Shown here: positions 46,501 to 54,643 of the stretch, piece by piece | How the letters are laid out: each line of letters begins with the position of its first letter | Numbering within the stretch: the stretch's first letter is position 1 | DNA from: Stagnimonas sp. | GTDB taxonomy: Bacteria; Pseudomonadota; Gammaproteobacteria; Nevskiales; Nevskiaceae | NCBI GenBank assembly: GCA_965279705.1 | Contig: OZ257257.1 | Location: 2,715,113-2,779,112 of the forward strand | Direction: 5' to 3' | DNA length: 64,000 nt | Position numbers and translations under genes: made by a program | Notes under the pieces: generated by a model | What the model saw: only the letters and a program-made list of their open reading frames with translations | Database searches by the model: none | What the model was told of the DNA's origin: nothing

Positions 46501-46691
46501 TGGTGCTGGCTGAGGGTGCGGGTGCCGTCGGCCGCAACCAGATGGGCCTCGTCATCGCCTCGGGTATTTCCATCGGCACGCTGTTCACCTTGTTCGTGGT
46601 GCCAGCGATGTATCTGCTGCTGGCCAAGGATCACAGCAAGGACCAGCCGCATGAGCAGCAACGCGAAACGCCTCCGGCGTCCGTGCATTAG
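43590..46691 (+). CDS. RND multidrug/hydrophobe efflux permease (AcrB/MexB family)
   Basis: 1033 aa from ATG 43590. 'MNFTDTFIKKPVLALVV', 'VVDDAIIVVENV' and a duplicated 6-TMS plus large-loop layout. Confidence 0.9.
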   Translation: MNFTDTFIKKPVLALVVSALILVLGLRAVFQLPVRQYPESQIAAVTVTTTYFGADSDVIAGFITAPLEAAIAQAQGIDYIFSTSLNGASVITVNLRLNYDATKALAEISAQVNSVLNQLPEGAQQPSLKISTGESTASMYLGFTSDQLAANQITDYLLRVVQPKLQGIAGVQNAEIFGARQFALRVWMDPQRLAAYGLTAADVYTALGNNNYISAIGSTRGEMVTVDLTARTDLHSLEEFRQLVVKTNEGGIVRLADIANVTLGAEQYDFNARSDGRRALFIGVRVAPDANVLTVIGAVRDAFPGIVAQLPKGLTGEIDYDATDYIRSAISEVQTTLLEALFIVSAVIFLFLGSPRSVLIPAVAIPLSLIGGFIFMLALGYSINLLTLLALVLAIGLVVDDAIIVVENVDRHMKDGMTPLQAALQGARELAGPIIAMTVVLIAVYVPIGFQGGLTGTLFSEFAFTLVGAVVISAVVALTLSPMMAAYFLKPGEHEGNRFMQIIDRNFEWTRAKYEGLLGSALGSWKTVVAFGFVIFALIGVMLALPSFIGFKKELAPQEDQGFVIGFGYAMPNASVDQMGVYSRKMFEFVKNTPEVEQAFTLDGISTPNTTLTGMILKPWAERSRSSFTLQKDLQEKFNTISGATIYASQPSPLPTSSGGANTSVVFVIGTTDSFVNLDEVASDMLAEAQKSGKFYYIDTDLKLNKPQVSVHVDRDKAAAMGLSMRDIGSSLGAMLGGGYVNYFSIAGRSYKVIPQAQQVSRLTSDQLSNYYIRAASGDVVPASTVVTLKTEAIPTRISRFQQLNAATFSGVPSGTLGDALDYLKKLADRKMPAGYTVDYGGESRQFVQETSAFALTMGMALVIIFLTLAAQFESFRDPLIVLTSVPMAIFGALVCIFLGVMDSTINIYTQVGLVTLVGLIAKHGILIVQFANDEQKAGKNKLEAIMAAAGVRLRPILMTTAAMVLGVMPLVLAEGAGAVGRNQMGLVIASGISIGTLFTLFVVPAMYLLLAKDHSKDQPHEQQRETPPASVH

Positions 46692-46713
46692 GCCCTCGTG
46701 ACTGCATCAAAAA

Positions 46714-46740
46714 AGCCCGGGTACTGCCCGGGCTTTTTTT
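46714..46740 (+). terminator. Rho-independent terminator
   Basis: AGCCCGGG-TACTG-CCCGGGCT (8-bp stem) followed by T7 and preceded by an A-run, 23 nt after the RND stop codon. Confidence 0.85.
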
Positions 46741-46865
46741 GTGCCGAATTAGCAACACATCGCAGGAATAGCGTCAAGCCGTAATCCGGGTATTCGCCCG
46801 CAGGAGTTTCGCGAGACAGTTCTCGAAATTGCCGTACTTGTACTTGCGAAACACAGGAGACCCTC

Positions 46866-48230
46866 ATGTCCGCTACAGAATCCGTCGCCACCCGCGAAAC
46901 ACCGGTTATTCCAGGCCTGCCGCTGATCGGCAGCCTGCTGGGCATGGCCAAGGACCCGGCGCAGTTCTTCGTCGACATGTATCGCAAGTACGGCACGGTG
47001 GCGCGGCTGTCGATCCTCGGTCAGAAGTACGTGCTGATCTCGGGCATCGAGGCCGCCAATTTCATGGGCACGCGCGAAGGCCGTGACTGCCTGCGCTCCA
47101 AGGAGTTCTGGCAGGGCCTGGTGGCCGAATACGGCGCCACGCGCATCCTCACCGGCGAAGACGGTGAAGGCCACAAGCAGCTGCGCGACATCATGCGTCA
47201 CGGCTACTCGAAGGAATCCATCAAGGGTCGCTACAACGAGCTGGTGGAGATCACCGACGGTGCGCTCCAGCGCGACTGGCCGGTCGGCAAGGAGGTACCT
47301 GTCGTCGAGGCCATGCAGTACATGGTGGTCGACCAGCTCGGCACCATTCTCACCGGCGCTGCGCCGCTGGAATATGTGAAGGACATTCGCACCACCATCC
47401 TCTACATCCTCAACGTGCTGGTCACGCGCCAGCGGCCGAAGTTTCTGCTCAAGCGCCCGCAATACAAGAAAGCCAAGGCCCGCGTGTTCGAGCTGGGCGA
47501 AAAAATGATCGTGGATGCCAAGGCCCGCTTCGGCAAGATCGCCGAAGAAGATCGCAACCTCATCGACGACGTCTACGCCGCACACATCAATACGCCGGAG
47601 ATCATGCCCGCCAGTGATCTGATCGTGACCATGACCGGCCCTTATGTCGCCGGGCTCGACACCGTCGCCAACACCACCTCGGCCATCGTCTACACCGTGC
47701 TCAAGTATCCCGGCGTCAAGGACCGCATCTACGCCGAAGTCGATGCGCTGTTCGCCGAAGGCCCGGTCGATGAAGACGGCCTGCTCAAGCGCCTGCCCGC
47801 ACTGAATGGCGCGATCATGGAGACCATGCGGCTCTACCCGATTGCGGTGGCACAGATGCGCACCGCCACCAAGGACTTCGTGTTCGACGGCCACCAGATC
47901 AAGGAAGGCGAGATGGTCTACCTCGGCACCAGCGTGCCGCACTTCATGGACGAGTACTACCCCGAGGCCAAGAAGTTCGACATCGACCGCTACCAGAAGC
48001 CTCGCGCCGAACATCTGAAAGCCGGTGCCTACTCCCCCTATGGCCGCGGCCCGCACACCTGCCTCGGCAAGAGCCTGGCCGAGGTGCAGATCGCGCTGTC
48101 GATGGCGCGCCTGTTCTACAAGCTGGATCTGGAACTGGAATCACCCGGCTACGAACTGAAGACCAAGACCGCGCCCACGCCCGGCCCGGCGATGGATTTC
48201 AAGGTGCGGGTCAAAGGCGTGCGGCACTGA
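46866..48230 (+). CDS. Cytochrome P450
   Basis: 454 aa. I-helix 'AGLDTVAN', 'ETMRLYP' (ExxR) and heme loop 'YGRGPHTCLG'. SD AGGAGA. Confidence 0.9.
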   Translation: MSATESVATRETPVIPGLPLIGSLLGMAKDPAQFFVDMYRKYGTVARLSILGQKYVLISGIEAANFMGTREGRDCLRSKEFWQGLVAEYGATRILTGEDGEGHKQLRDIMRHGYSKESIKGRYNELVEITDGALQRDWPVGKEVPVVEAMQYMVVDQLGTILTGAAPLEYVKDIRTTILYILNVLVTRQRPKFLLKRPQYKKAKARVFELGEKMIVDAKARFGKIAEEDRNLIDDVYAAHINTPEIMPASDLIVTMTGPYVAGLDTVANTTSAIVYTVLKYPGVKDRIYAEVDALFAEGPVDEDGLLKRLPALNGAIMETMRLYPIAVAQMRTATKDFVFDGHQIKEGEMVYLGTSVPHFMDEYYPEAKKFDIDRYQKPRAEHLKAGAYSPYGRGPHTCLGKSLAEVQIALSMARLFYKLDLELESPGYELKTKTAPTPGPAMDFKVRVKGVRH

Positions 48231-48901
48231 TGTTCACGGTTCATCACCTCAACAACTCCCGCTCGCAGCGCGTCCTCTGGCTGCTGGAGGAACTGGGCGT
48301 CGAATACCGGGTACAGCATTACGTCCGCGACCTCAAGACCATGCTCGCGCCGCCGGAGCTGCTCAAGGTGCATCCGCTCGGCAAGTCACCCGTGATTACC
48401 GATGGCGACCACACCGTGGCCGAATCCGGCGCGATTATCGACTACATCGTCGAGCGTTATGGCAAGGGTCGCCTGCAACCCGCATTGGGGACGCCAGAGC
48501 GCCTGCGCTATACCTACTGGATGCACTACGCCGAAGGTTCGGCAATGCTGCCGATGATCCTGAAGCTGATTTTCAGCCACATGCCCAGACAGCCGATGCC
48601 GTTTTTCGTGCGCCCTCTGGTGCGTGGCATTGCAGACAAGGTGTGCAGCAGCTTCGTCGACCCGCAGCTGAAGCTGCATCTCGACTTCATGGAAGGCGAG
48701 CTGGCCAAGACCGAATGGTTTACCGGCAGCGACTTCAATGCAGCGGATATCCAGATGAGTTTCCCCATCGAAGTCGCCGCCGTGCGCGGCGGGCTCGATG
48801 CGAGCTGGCCAAGGCTGTTCGCCTTCCTGCAGCGCATACAGGCGCGTCCTGCCTACCGAAAAGCGCTCGAAGTAGGCGGCCCCTACGAGTTGATGAGCTG
48901 A
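48230..48901 (+). CDS. Glutathione S-transferase family protein
   Basis: 223 aa. '[17 protein letters not shown]' and '[23 protein letters not shown]'. Its ATG overlaps the P450 TGA (TGATG). Confidence 0.85.
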   Translation: MFTVHHLNNSRSQRVLWLLEELGVEYRVQHYVRDLKTMLAPPELLKVHPLGKSPVITDGDHTVAESGAIIDYIVERYGKGRLQPALGTPERLRYTYWMHYAEGSAMLPMILKLIFSHMPRQPMPFFVRPLVRGIADKVCSSFVDPQLKLHLDFMEGELAKTEWFTGSDFNAADIQMSFPIEVAAVRGGLDASWPRLFAFLQRIQARPAYRKALEVGGPYELMS

Positions 48902-48950
48902 TGAAATTGGCAGAATCGGTGTCGATACCCACACGCGGAGCAATGACGAT

Positions 48951-49571
48951 ATGACGCAGCAGAAAGCCACCAATGTGGTCTGGCACGACGGCGAAGTCAG
49001 CCGTACCGATCGCTATCGCATGCTGGGCCAGAAGGGCGTCACGCTCTGGTTCACCGGCCTTTCGGGCAGCGGCAAGAGCACCGTGGCGGTCGCGCTCGAA
49101 CACGAGCTGATCCGTCGTGGCCGCATCTGCTACCGGCTGGATGGCGACAACATCCGTCTCGGCATCAACAAGAATCTCGGGTTTTCAGCCGAAGACCGCA
49201 CCGAGAACATTCGTCGTATCAGCGAGATCGCAAAGCTGTTCGTCGATACCGGCGTGATTGCCTTGACCAGCTTCATCAGCCCCTATCGCGCCGACCGTGA
49301 AGCCGCACGCGCGCTGCATGTGCAGGCCGGCATGGAGTTCATCGAGGTGTACGTGGATTGCCCCCTGGCCGAGGCCGAGCGGCGCGACCCCAAAGGTCTC
49401 TACAAGAAGGCCCGCGCGGGTGAGATCAAGAACTTCACCGGCATCAGCGACCCCTACGAAGCGCCCGACAAACCGGATCTGGTGCTCAAGACTGCCGAGA
49501 TGGACCTGGCATCTGAAGTGCAGGCCTTGCTCGCACTGCTGGAAGCACGCGGTTTTCTGCTGGCTGTCTAG
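48951..49571 (+). CDS. cysC: Adenylyl-sulfate (APS) kinase
   Basis: 206 aa. P-loop 'GLSGSGKST', 'YRLDGDNIR', '[14 protein letters not shown]' and 'SFISPY'. Confidence 0.9.
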   Translation: MTQQKATNVVWHDGEVSRTDRYRMLGQKGVTLWFTGLSGSGKSTVAVALEHELIRRGRICYRLDGDNIRLGINKNLGFSAEDRTENIRRISEIAKLFVDTGVIALTSFISPYRADREAARALHVQAGMEFIEVYVDCPLAEAERRDPKGLYKKARAGEIKNFTGISDPYEAPDKPDLVLKTAEMDLASEVQALLALLEARGFLLAV

Positions 49572-49590
49572 GGTCTGCGCCGCAGCCGGC

Positions 49591-50958
49591 TCAATGCCCG
49601 CTGCGGGTCGCGGCTTCCGGGCTGAACATTTTCGCATTCATGTCGGTGCGATTTAGCCGCCACCAGTCCTTGCCGGCCTCGTTGACCAGATAGCCTGCTT
49701 CGTAGGCATCGGTGTTGAGGTCCTGATACACCGACACGCCGCGATGAAACGCCTGCGCATCCGGTGCATAGCGGTAGTTCACGAAAGCGGTGCGCCAGAG
49801 TTGCCCGCGGCTGTCGTAGTTGTCGGCCCAGTGCGCCAGCCAGGTGTCTTCATCGGTGTAGATGATGCGGCGACCGTAGATGTGGCGCACGCCGGTTTTC
49901 ACGGTGGCCTCGATCACCCACACCCGGTGCAACTCGTAGCGCATGTAGTCGGGATTCATGGTGTTGGGCGTCAGCAGCGTGCTGTATTTCACAGCTGGAT
50001 CGTTGATGCGGAAGTTGTTGTAGGGGATATACAGCTCCCGCTTGCCGATCAGCTTCCAGTTGTAGCGCTCAGGCGAGCCGTTGAAGAGGTGATCGTCGTC
50101 CACCGTGCGCAGGCCCGAGGGCGGCACGGCGTAGTCGAAAGCGATATCCGGCGCCTGCCGCAGCCGTCGCGTGCCGGGGTTGTAGGCCCAGACGCGGGTA
50201 CTGCCATCGCTGAAGTCCACCGGCTGAAAGCCGACCCCAATCGTGCCCTTGTCGCGCTGCGGCAACAGCGTGACGTTGTAGAAATACGCGCCGACGTTGT
50301 CGGTCACCTTGCCATCTCCCTTCGGGTCGGCAGCGGGTGCGAGCGTCAGATACTTCTGCTTGCCCCAGGCGATCTTGCCATTGGGGAAGACATCGGCGAT
50401 GTCGATGGTGGCGGTCTCGTTCCAGACATGGCGCGTGGTCAGCACATTCCAGATCGCCTGCAAGCCGTCGCTCGGTAGCGGGAACGGCACCGCACCGATT
50501 ACGGCGTTCGCAAGACCAAGGCCGTTACTGACCAGCACTGCATCCGCCGCATTTTTCTTCGCCGCCGCGCAGGCTGCATCGGGGAAGCGAAAATCCCGAT
50601 GGCTCGCATACACCGGCATGCGAAACGCCTTGGGGTATTTCTTCAAAAGCGCTTTCTGCCCTTCGCTCAGACGATCCGCGTATTGCGCGCTGTTGTCGGT
50701 AGTGATGGTGAACAGCGGCTTCTCGGCCGCGTATGGGCCAGGGCTGTAGACCTTGGGGTCTGCAAGGCCCGGCCAGGTCTCCAGCCACTGACCCGAATAC
50801 GGCGCGACACCGTTTTTGCTGCCCGCTTTTTCGGCACCGATGCAGGTCAGCTTGTCGCCGCCAAGCTGTGCAATCTGTGCCGCACTGGGCTTGGCTTGTG
50901 CGGCAGACGTCAACACCAGCAGCAGCACGGCCATGCGTGCCAGAATTTTTGTTTTCAT
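49591..50958 (-). CDS. DUF1329 family protein (copy 2)
   Basis: 455 aa from ATG 50958 (SD GGAGGAGAG). Signal peptide 'MKTKILARMAVLLLVLTSAAQA'. Blocks 'ERYNWKLIGKRELYIPYNNFR' and 'YELHRVWVIEATVKTGVRH' are paralogous to copy 1. Confidence 0.75.
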   Translation of the reverse strand: MKTKILARMAVLLLVLTSAAQAKPSAAQIAQLGGDKLTCIGAEKAGSKNGVAPYSGQWLETWPGLADPKVYSPGPYAAEKPLFTITTDNSAQYADRLSEGQKALLKKYPKAFRMPVYASHRDFRFPDAACAAAKKNAADAVLVSNGLGLANAVIGAVPFPLPSDGLQAIWNVLTTRHVWNETATIDIADVFPNGKIAWGKQKYLTLAPAADPKGDGKVTDNVGAYFYNVTLLPQRDKGTIGVGFQPVDFSDGSTRVWAYNPGTRRLRQAPDIAFDYAVPPSGLRTVDDDHLFNGSPERYNWKLIGKRELYIPYNNFRINDPAVKYSTLLTPNTMNPDYMRYELHRVWVIEATVKTGVRHIYGRRIIYTDEDTWLAHWADNYDSRGQLWRTAFVNYRYAPDAQAFHRGVSVYQDLNTDAYEAGYLVNEAGKDWWRLNRTDMNAKMFSPEAATRSGH

Positions 50959-50978
50959 GTGCTCTCCTCCAACAGATT

Positions 50979-52559
50979 TCAATGCGCTGCGCTGCTGACC
51001 CCCGCTTTCGGTTTGGCCAGCAAGGGCACGATCAGCAAGGTCATTGCCACTGCCGCAGAAAGCAGCAGATACATGTCGTTGTAGGCCATGGTCAGTGCTT
51101 GTCGCTTGGCCAGCCGCGCCAGCATGACGAGACCCACAGGCGAATCGCTGCCTGCACCGGGCGCCATCAACTGGCCCGTATTGGCAATGAACTCACGCAC
51201 CACCGGACTGCTCGATTGCACGGATTCGCTGATCGACTGCCAGTGCAGCGCGTAGCGGTCGTTGAGCAAGGTGGCCACCAGTGCCAAGCCGATCGCGCCC
51301 CCGATGTTGCGCATCAGGGTATACAAGCCGCTGGCGTTGTTGACCTCTTCAATCGCCATGGTGCCGAGCGCCAGATTGGTCATGGGGATGAACGCGAAGA
51401 TCATCCCCACACCGCGCAGCACCTGCGGCAGGATGAACTCGTGATGACCCCAGTCAGCCGTCATGTGGCCATTGAACCAGGAGCCCGTGGCAGCCAGTGC
51501 CACACCGATGGCAATGACGATGCGCGGGTCCATGCGGCGTGACAAGCGAGAGACGATGGGGGCGGCCAAGAACATGCTGGAGCCTTGGATCATCAGCACC
51601 TCGCCGATCTGCAGCGAGTCGTAGCCGCGCACGCGGCCGAGGAATAGCGGCGTGAGGTAGTTGAGCGTGAACATGCTCATGCCGAGCAAAATCGACACCA
51701 TCGAGGTCAGGGCAAAATTGCGGTTGCGAAACGCACGCAGGTCGACGATGGGATGATCGCTGGTGAACGCGCGCCAGAAAAACAGCATGCCGCTCACCAT
51801 CGCCAGCGTGGCGCACACCGCCACGCTGCGGTCTGCAAACCAGTCGGCGCGCGGGCCTTCGTCCAGCGAGTAGGTCAGCCCACCCAGAAACAGCGCCATG
51901 AACAGCAGGCCGGCCCAGTCGGTGAGCTTGAGCATTTCGGGTTTCGGGCGGTCGATATCGACCAGCGTCCAGACCCCAAAGGCGCAGACGAGGCCCGGCA
52001 CCAGGTTGACCAGAAACAACCAGTGCCAACTGGCGATGCTGGTGAGGTAGCCGCCAAAGCTCGGCCCCAGCGAGGGCGCCAGAATCGCCATCAAGCCGCC
52101 GACCAGCTGCGGCAAGGCGCGGCGATCAGCCTCTCGAAACAGCAGGAACATCGCGGCAAACGCGGTGGGGATCATGCCGCCACCGAGAAAGCCCTGAAGG
52201 ATGCGGAAGCACACCATCGAGGGCAGATCCCAGGCGCAGGCGCAGAGCAGGCTCGCCAGCGTGAAGCCCAGCGCCGACAGGGTGAAATACACCCGCGTGG
52301 AGAGCAGTCGCGCCATGTAGCCAGACAGCGGAATCGCGATCACCTCGGCGATCAGGTACGAGGTCTGCACCCACTGGATTTCGTCGGCACTGGCCGAGAG
52401 CCCGGCCTGGATCTCGTTGATCGAGCTGGCAACGATCTGGATATCGAGTATGGCGATGAAACTGCCCATCGAGATCGCCAGAAAACCCAGCCATTCGCGC
52501 CGCCGCCGGATGCGTTCGGCGTCGTCCAGCGGTGCGATGGTCGTCAACACCTCAGCCAT
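50979..52559 (-). CDS. MFS transporter, DHA2 (EmrB/QacA-like, 14-TMS) family
   Basis: 526 aa, uniformly hydrophobic with about 14 helices, and a motif-A-like 'PLSGYMARLLSTR'. Confidence 0.75.
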   Translation of the reverse strand: MAEVLTTIAPLDDAERIRRRREWLGFLAISMGSFIAILDIQIVASSINEIQAGLSASADEIQWVQTSYLIAEVIAIPLSGYMARLLSTRVYFTLSALGFTLASLLCACAWDLPSMVCFRILQGFLGGGMIPTAFAAMFLLFREADRRALPQLVGGLMAILAPSLGPSFGGYLTSIASWHWLFLVNLVPGLVCAFGVWTLVDIDRPKPEMLKLTDWAGLLFMALFLGGLTYSLDEGPRADWFADRSVAVCATLAMVSGMLFFWRAFTSDHPIVDLRAFRNRNFALTSMVSILLGMSMFTLNYLTPLFLGRVRGYDSLQIGEVLMIQGSSMFLAAPIVSRLSRRMDPRIVIAIGVALAATGSWFNGHMTADWGHHEFILPQVLRGVGMIFAFIPMTNLALGTMAIEEVNNASGLYTLMRNIGGAIGLALVATLLNDRYALHWQSISESVQSSSPVVREFIANTGQLMAPGAGSDSPVGLVMLARLAKRQALTMAYNDMYLLLSAAVAMTLLIVPLLAKPKAGVSSAAH

Positions 52560-52624
52560 TTTTTTGCTGCACTCGCATCATCGTGCCGTCCTTGGCGCGA
52601 CTGCATCCTATTGATCCGGCCCCT

Positions 52625-52688
52625 GCCCGGGCATCCATGCCCGGGCGTTCGCAGCCAATGCGAGCAGTGCTCGCAAGCGCTTGGCTCC
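52625..52688. repeat. REP-like double-hairpin element, copy A
   Basis: Hairpin 1 is GCCCGGGCA-TCCA-TGCCCGGGC. Hairpin 2 is GCAGCCAA-TGCGAGCA-G-TGCTCGCA-AGCGC-TTGGCTCC. It abuts the ACAD stop codon and shares the cores GGGCATCCNTGCCCG and GCGAGCAGTGCTCGC with copy B. Confidence 0.7.
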
Positions 52689-53879
52689 TCACCCCAGTAC
52701 AGACCTGGAAATCAGTTCTTTCATGATCTCGTTGGTGCCGCCGTAAATGCGCTGCACGCGCGCATCGGCAAACATGCGGGTCACCAGGTACTCGTTCATG
52801 TAGCCGTAGCCGCCGTGCAGTTGCACGCACTCGTCGATCACCTGCTGCTGCACATCGGTGACCCAGTACTTGGCCATCGAGGCGGTGGCGTTATCGAGCG
52901 TGCCGTCCACCACTTGCTCGATACAGCGGTCGACGAAGGTGCGCGCCACGCGAGTGATGGTGGCGGCCTCGGCCAGCTTGTATTTGGTGTTCTGGAACTC
53001 GGCGATGCTCTTGCCGAAGGCCTTGCGCTCGCGCACGTATTTCACCGTCTCGGCCACCGCACCTTCCATCGCCGCGACACCGCCGAGTGCGACGATGGCG
53101 CGCTCGTACGGCAGGTCGCTCATCAGCTGGATGAAGCCACGGCCTTCAGCACCACCCAACAGGTTTTCAGCGGGGATGCGCACATCCTCGAAGAACAGCT
53201 CGGCGGTGTCCTGCGCCTTCATGCCCATCTTGTCGAGAATGCGGCCGCAGCGATAACCCTTGAGGTCCTTGGTCTCCACCAGCAGGATCGAAATGCCGCG
53301 CGAACCCGCCACCGTGGTGTCGGTCTTGGCGACCAGAATCAGGAACTCGGCGAGGTAGCCATTGGTGATGAAGATCTTCGAGCCGTTCACCACGTAGTCG
53401 TCACCGTCGAGCACGGCCTTGGTGCGGATGCCCTGCAAGTCCGAGCCCGCGCCCGGCTCGGTCATGGCGATGGCACCCACCATTTCACCGGCGGCGAGAC
53501 GCGGCAAGAACTTCTGCTTTTGCGCCTCGGTGCCATGGTTCAGCACATAGTGCGCAGCAATGGAATGCACGCCCTGGCCAAAGCCGGTGATACCACGCCG
53601 CAGGCACTCTTCGTAGACCACCGCCTCGTGGCGAAAATCACCGCCGGCGCCGCCGTATTCAGCGGGGATATCGGTGCAGAGCAGACCCATCGCACCGGCC
53701 TTGCGCCAGATTTCATGACCGACATGGTGCTGTTCGCGCCAGCCTGCTTCGTACGGCACCATTTCGCCCTCCACGAAACGCGAAACCGCGTCGCGGAACT
53801 GCTCCAGATCGGAGTCCATCCAGGGCGAAACGTAAGGCTTGTTCGGCGGGCTGACGCGTGCGTTCATGACTGGAAACAT
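52689..53879 (-). CDS. Acyl-CoA dehydrogenase
   Basis: 396 aa. 'GAIAMTEPGAGSD', 'FITNGYLAEF' and 'QLHGGYGYMNEYLVTRMFADARVQRIYGGTNEIM'. Confidence 0.9.
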   Translation of the reverse strand: MFPVMNARVSPPNKPYVSPWMDSDLEQFRDAVSRFVEGEMVPYEAGWREQHHVGHEIWRKAGAMGLLCTDIPAEYGGAGGDFRHEAVVYEECLRRGITGFGQGVHSIAAHYVLNHGTEAQKQKFLPRLAAGEMVGAIAMTEPGAGSDLQGIRTKAVLDGDDYVVNGSKIFITNGYLAEFLILVAKTDTTVAGSRGISILLVETKDLKGYRCGRILDKMGMKAQDTAELFFEDVRIPAENLLGGAEGRGFIQLMSDLPYERAIVALGGVAAMEGAVAETVKYVRERKAFGKSIAEFQNTKYKLAEAATITRVARTFVDRCIEQVVDGTLDNATASMAKYWVTDVQQQVIDECVQLHGGYGYMNEYLVTRMFADARVQRIYGGTNEIMKELISRSVLG

Positions 53880-53900
53880 CCATTAAGAAAATGAGGTGAG

Positions 53901-53935
53901 AAAAAGCGCTGCGCCTACGATAAATCAGGGCGCAG
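53901..53935 (-). terminator. Weak hairpin plus U-run after the SnoaL-like gene (possible attenuator)
   Basis: The minus-strand RNA reads CUGCGCC-(13 nt)-GGCGCAG-CGCUUUUUCUC. The 7-bp stem overlaps the stop-codon region. Confidence 0.3.
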
Positions 53936-54425
53936 GAAGGCGTCCGATCACCAGAGCCTGCACAGCATCGGCTGCGAGCTTGAGCGAGAGCATCGAAGTC
54001 ACCACGCATTTGGTCGCGCTCATCTTCCAGCCGGCGGCCGTCTTGCAGTACTCGTCCTCGTAATACGCGCCGAGCTGTGTCAGCGTGTTGTCGTTGGTGT
54101 TGATGAGCTGGTAGTGCAGGCCCCAGCGGCCTTCGGCATGGTCGGCGCTCTTCAGCGTGATCTGCGGATTGACGCCGTGGTGCATCTCCACCATGTGGGG
54201 ATGGCAGCCGATCTGCTTGAAGATCTCGACCAGCGCATCGGCGCGGTCGAAGGTACCGAGTGCGCCGTAGTCGATCTTCACCGGCCCGTCGGCAAAGCAG
54301 GCGCGCATGCCCACTGAATCTTTCGCATCGCAGCAGGCGAGGTAGTGCGCTTTCAGCGCGCGGATGGCTTCGATGCTTTCGAGCACGCCGAGGCGGGCTT
54401 CCAGCGCTGTGGTCGACATGGTCAA
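53925..54425 (-). CDS. SnoaL-like / NTF2-fold protein
   Basis: 166 aa. N-terminus 'LEARLGVLESIEAIRALKAHYLACCDAKD' and the size are typical of SnoaL_4-type proteins. This is motif-level evidence only. Confidence 0.5.
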   Translation of the reverse strand: MTMSTTALEARLGVLESIEAIRALKAHYLACCDAKDSVGMRACFADGPVKIDYGALGTFDRADALVEIFKQIGCHPHMVEMHHGVNPQITLKSADHAEGRWGLHYQLINTNDNTLTQLGAYYEDEYCKTAAGWKMSATKCVVTSMLSLKLAADAVQALVIGRLPAP

Positions 54426-54643
54426 TCCAGTTTCAAAAATGGGGAGGCCGAGTTCACCTCAAAGCCGCACGGCTGTAATCCCCCGTTTGGCTGAGACGAC
54501 TCATGCAGTCGGACGAGGTTAGGCCGGCAGGGATCGTAAATGCTTGGCTGCGCTCTACGGATGCTTCATCAGCAGCGCGGCATAAAAAGTAGAGACGGGC
54601 GCCGCAACAGCGAGCCCCCGCACACAAGGAGAGTGGATCGCGC

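Noticed and set aside
49572-49640. Partial inverted repeat GCGCCGCAGC...GCTGCGGGTCGC between convergent cysC and DUF1329.
   Set aside because: The stem is imperfect, has no U-tract on either strand, and lies mostly inside the DUF1329 coding end.
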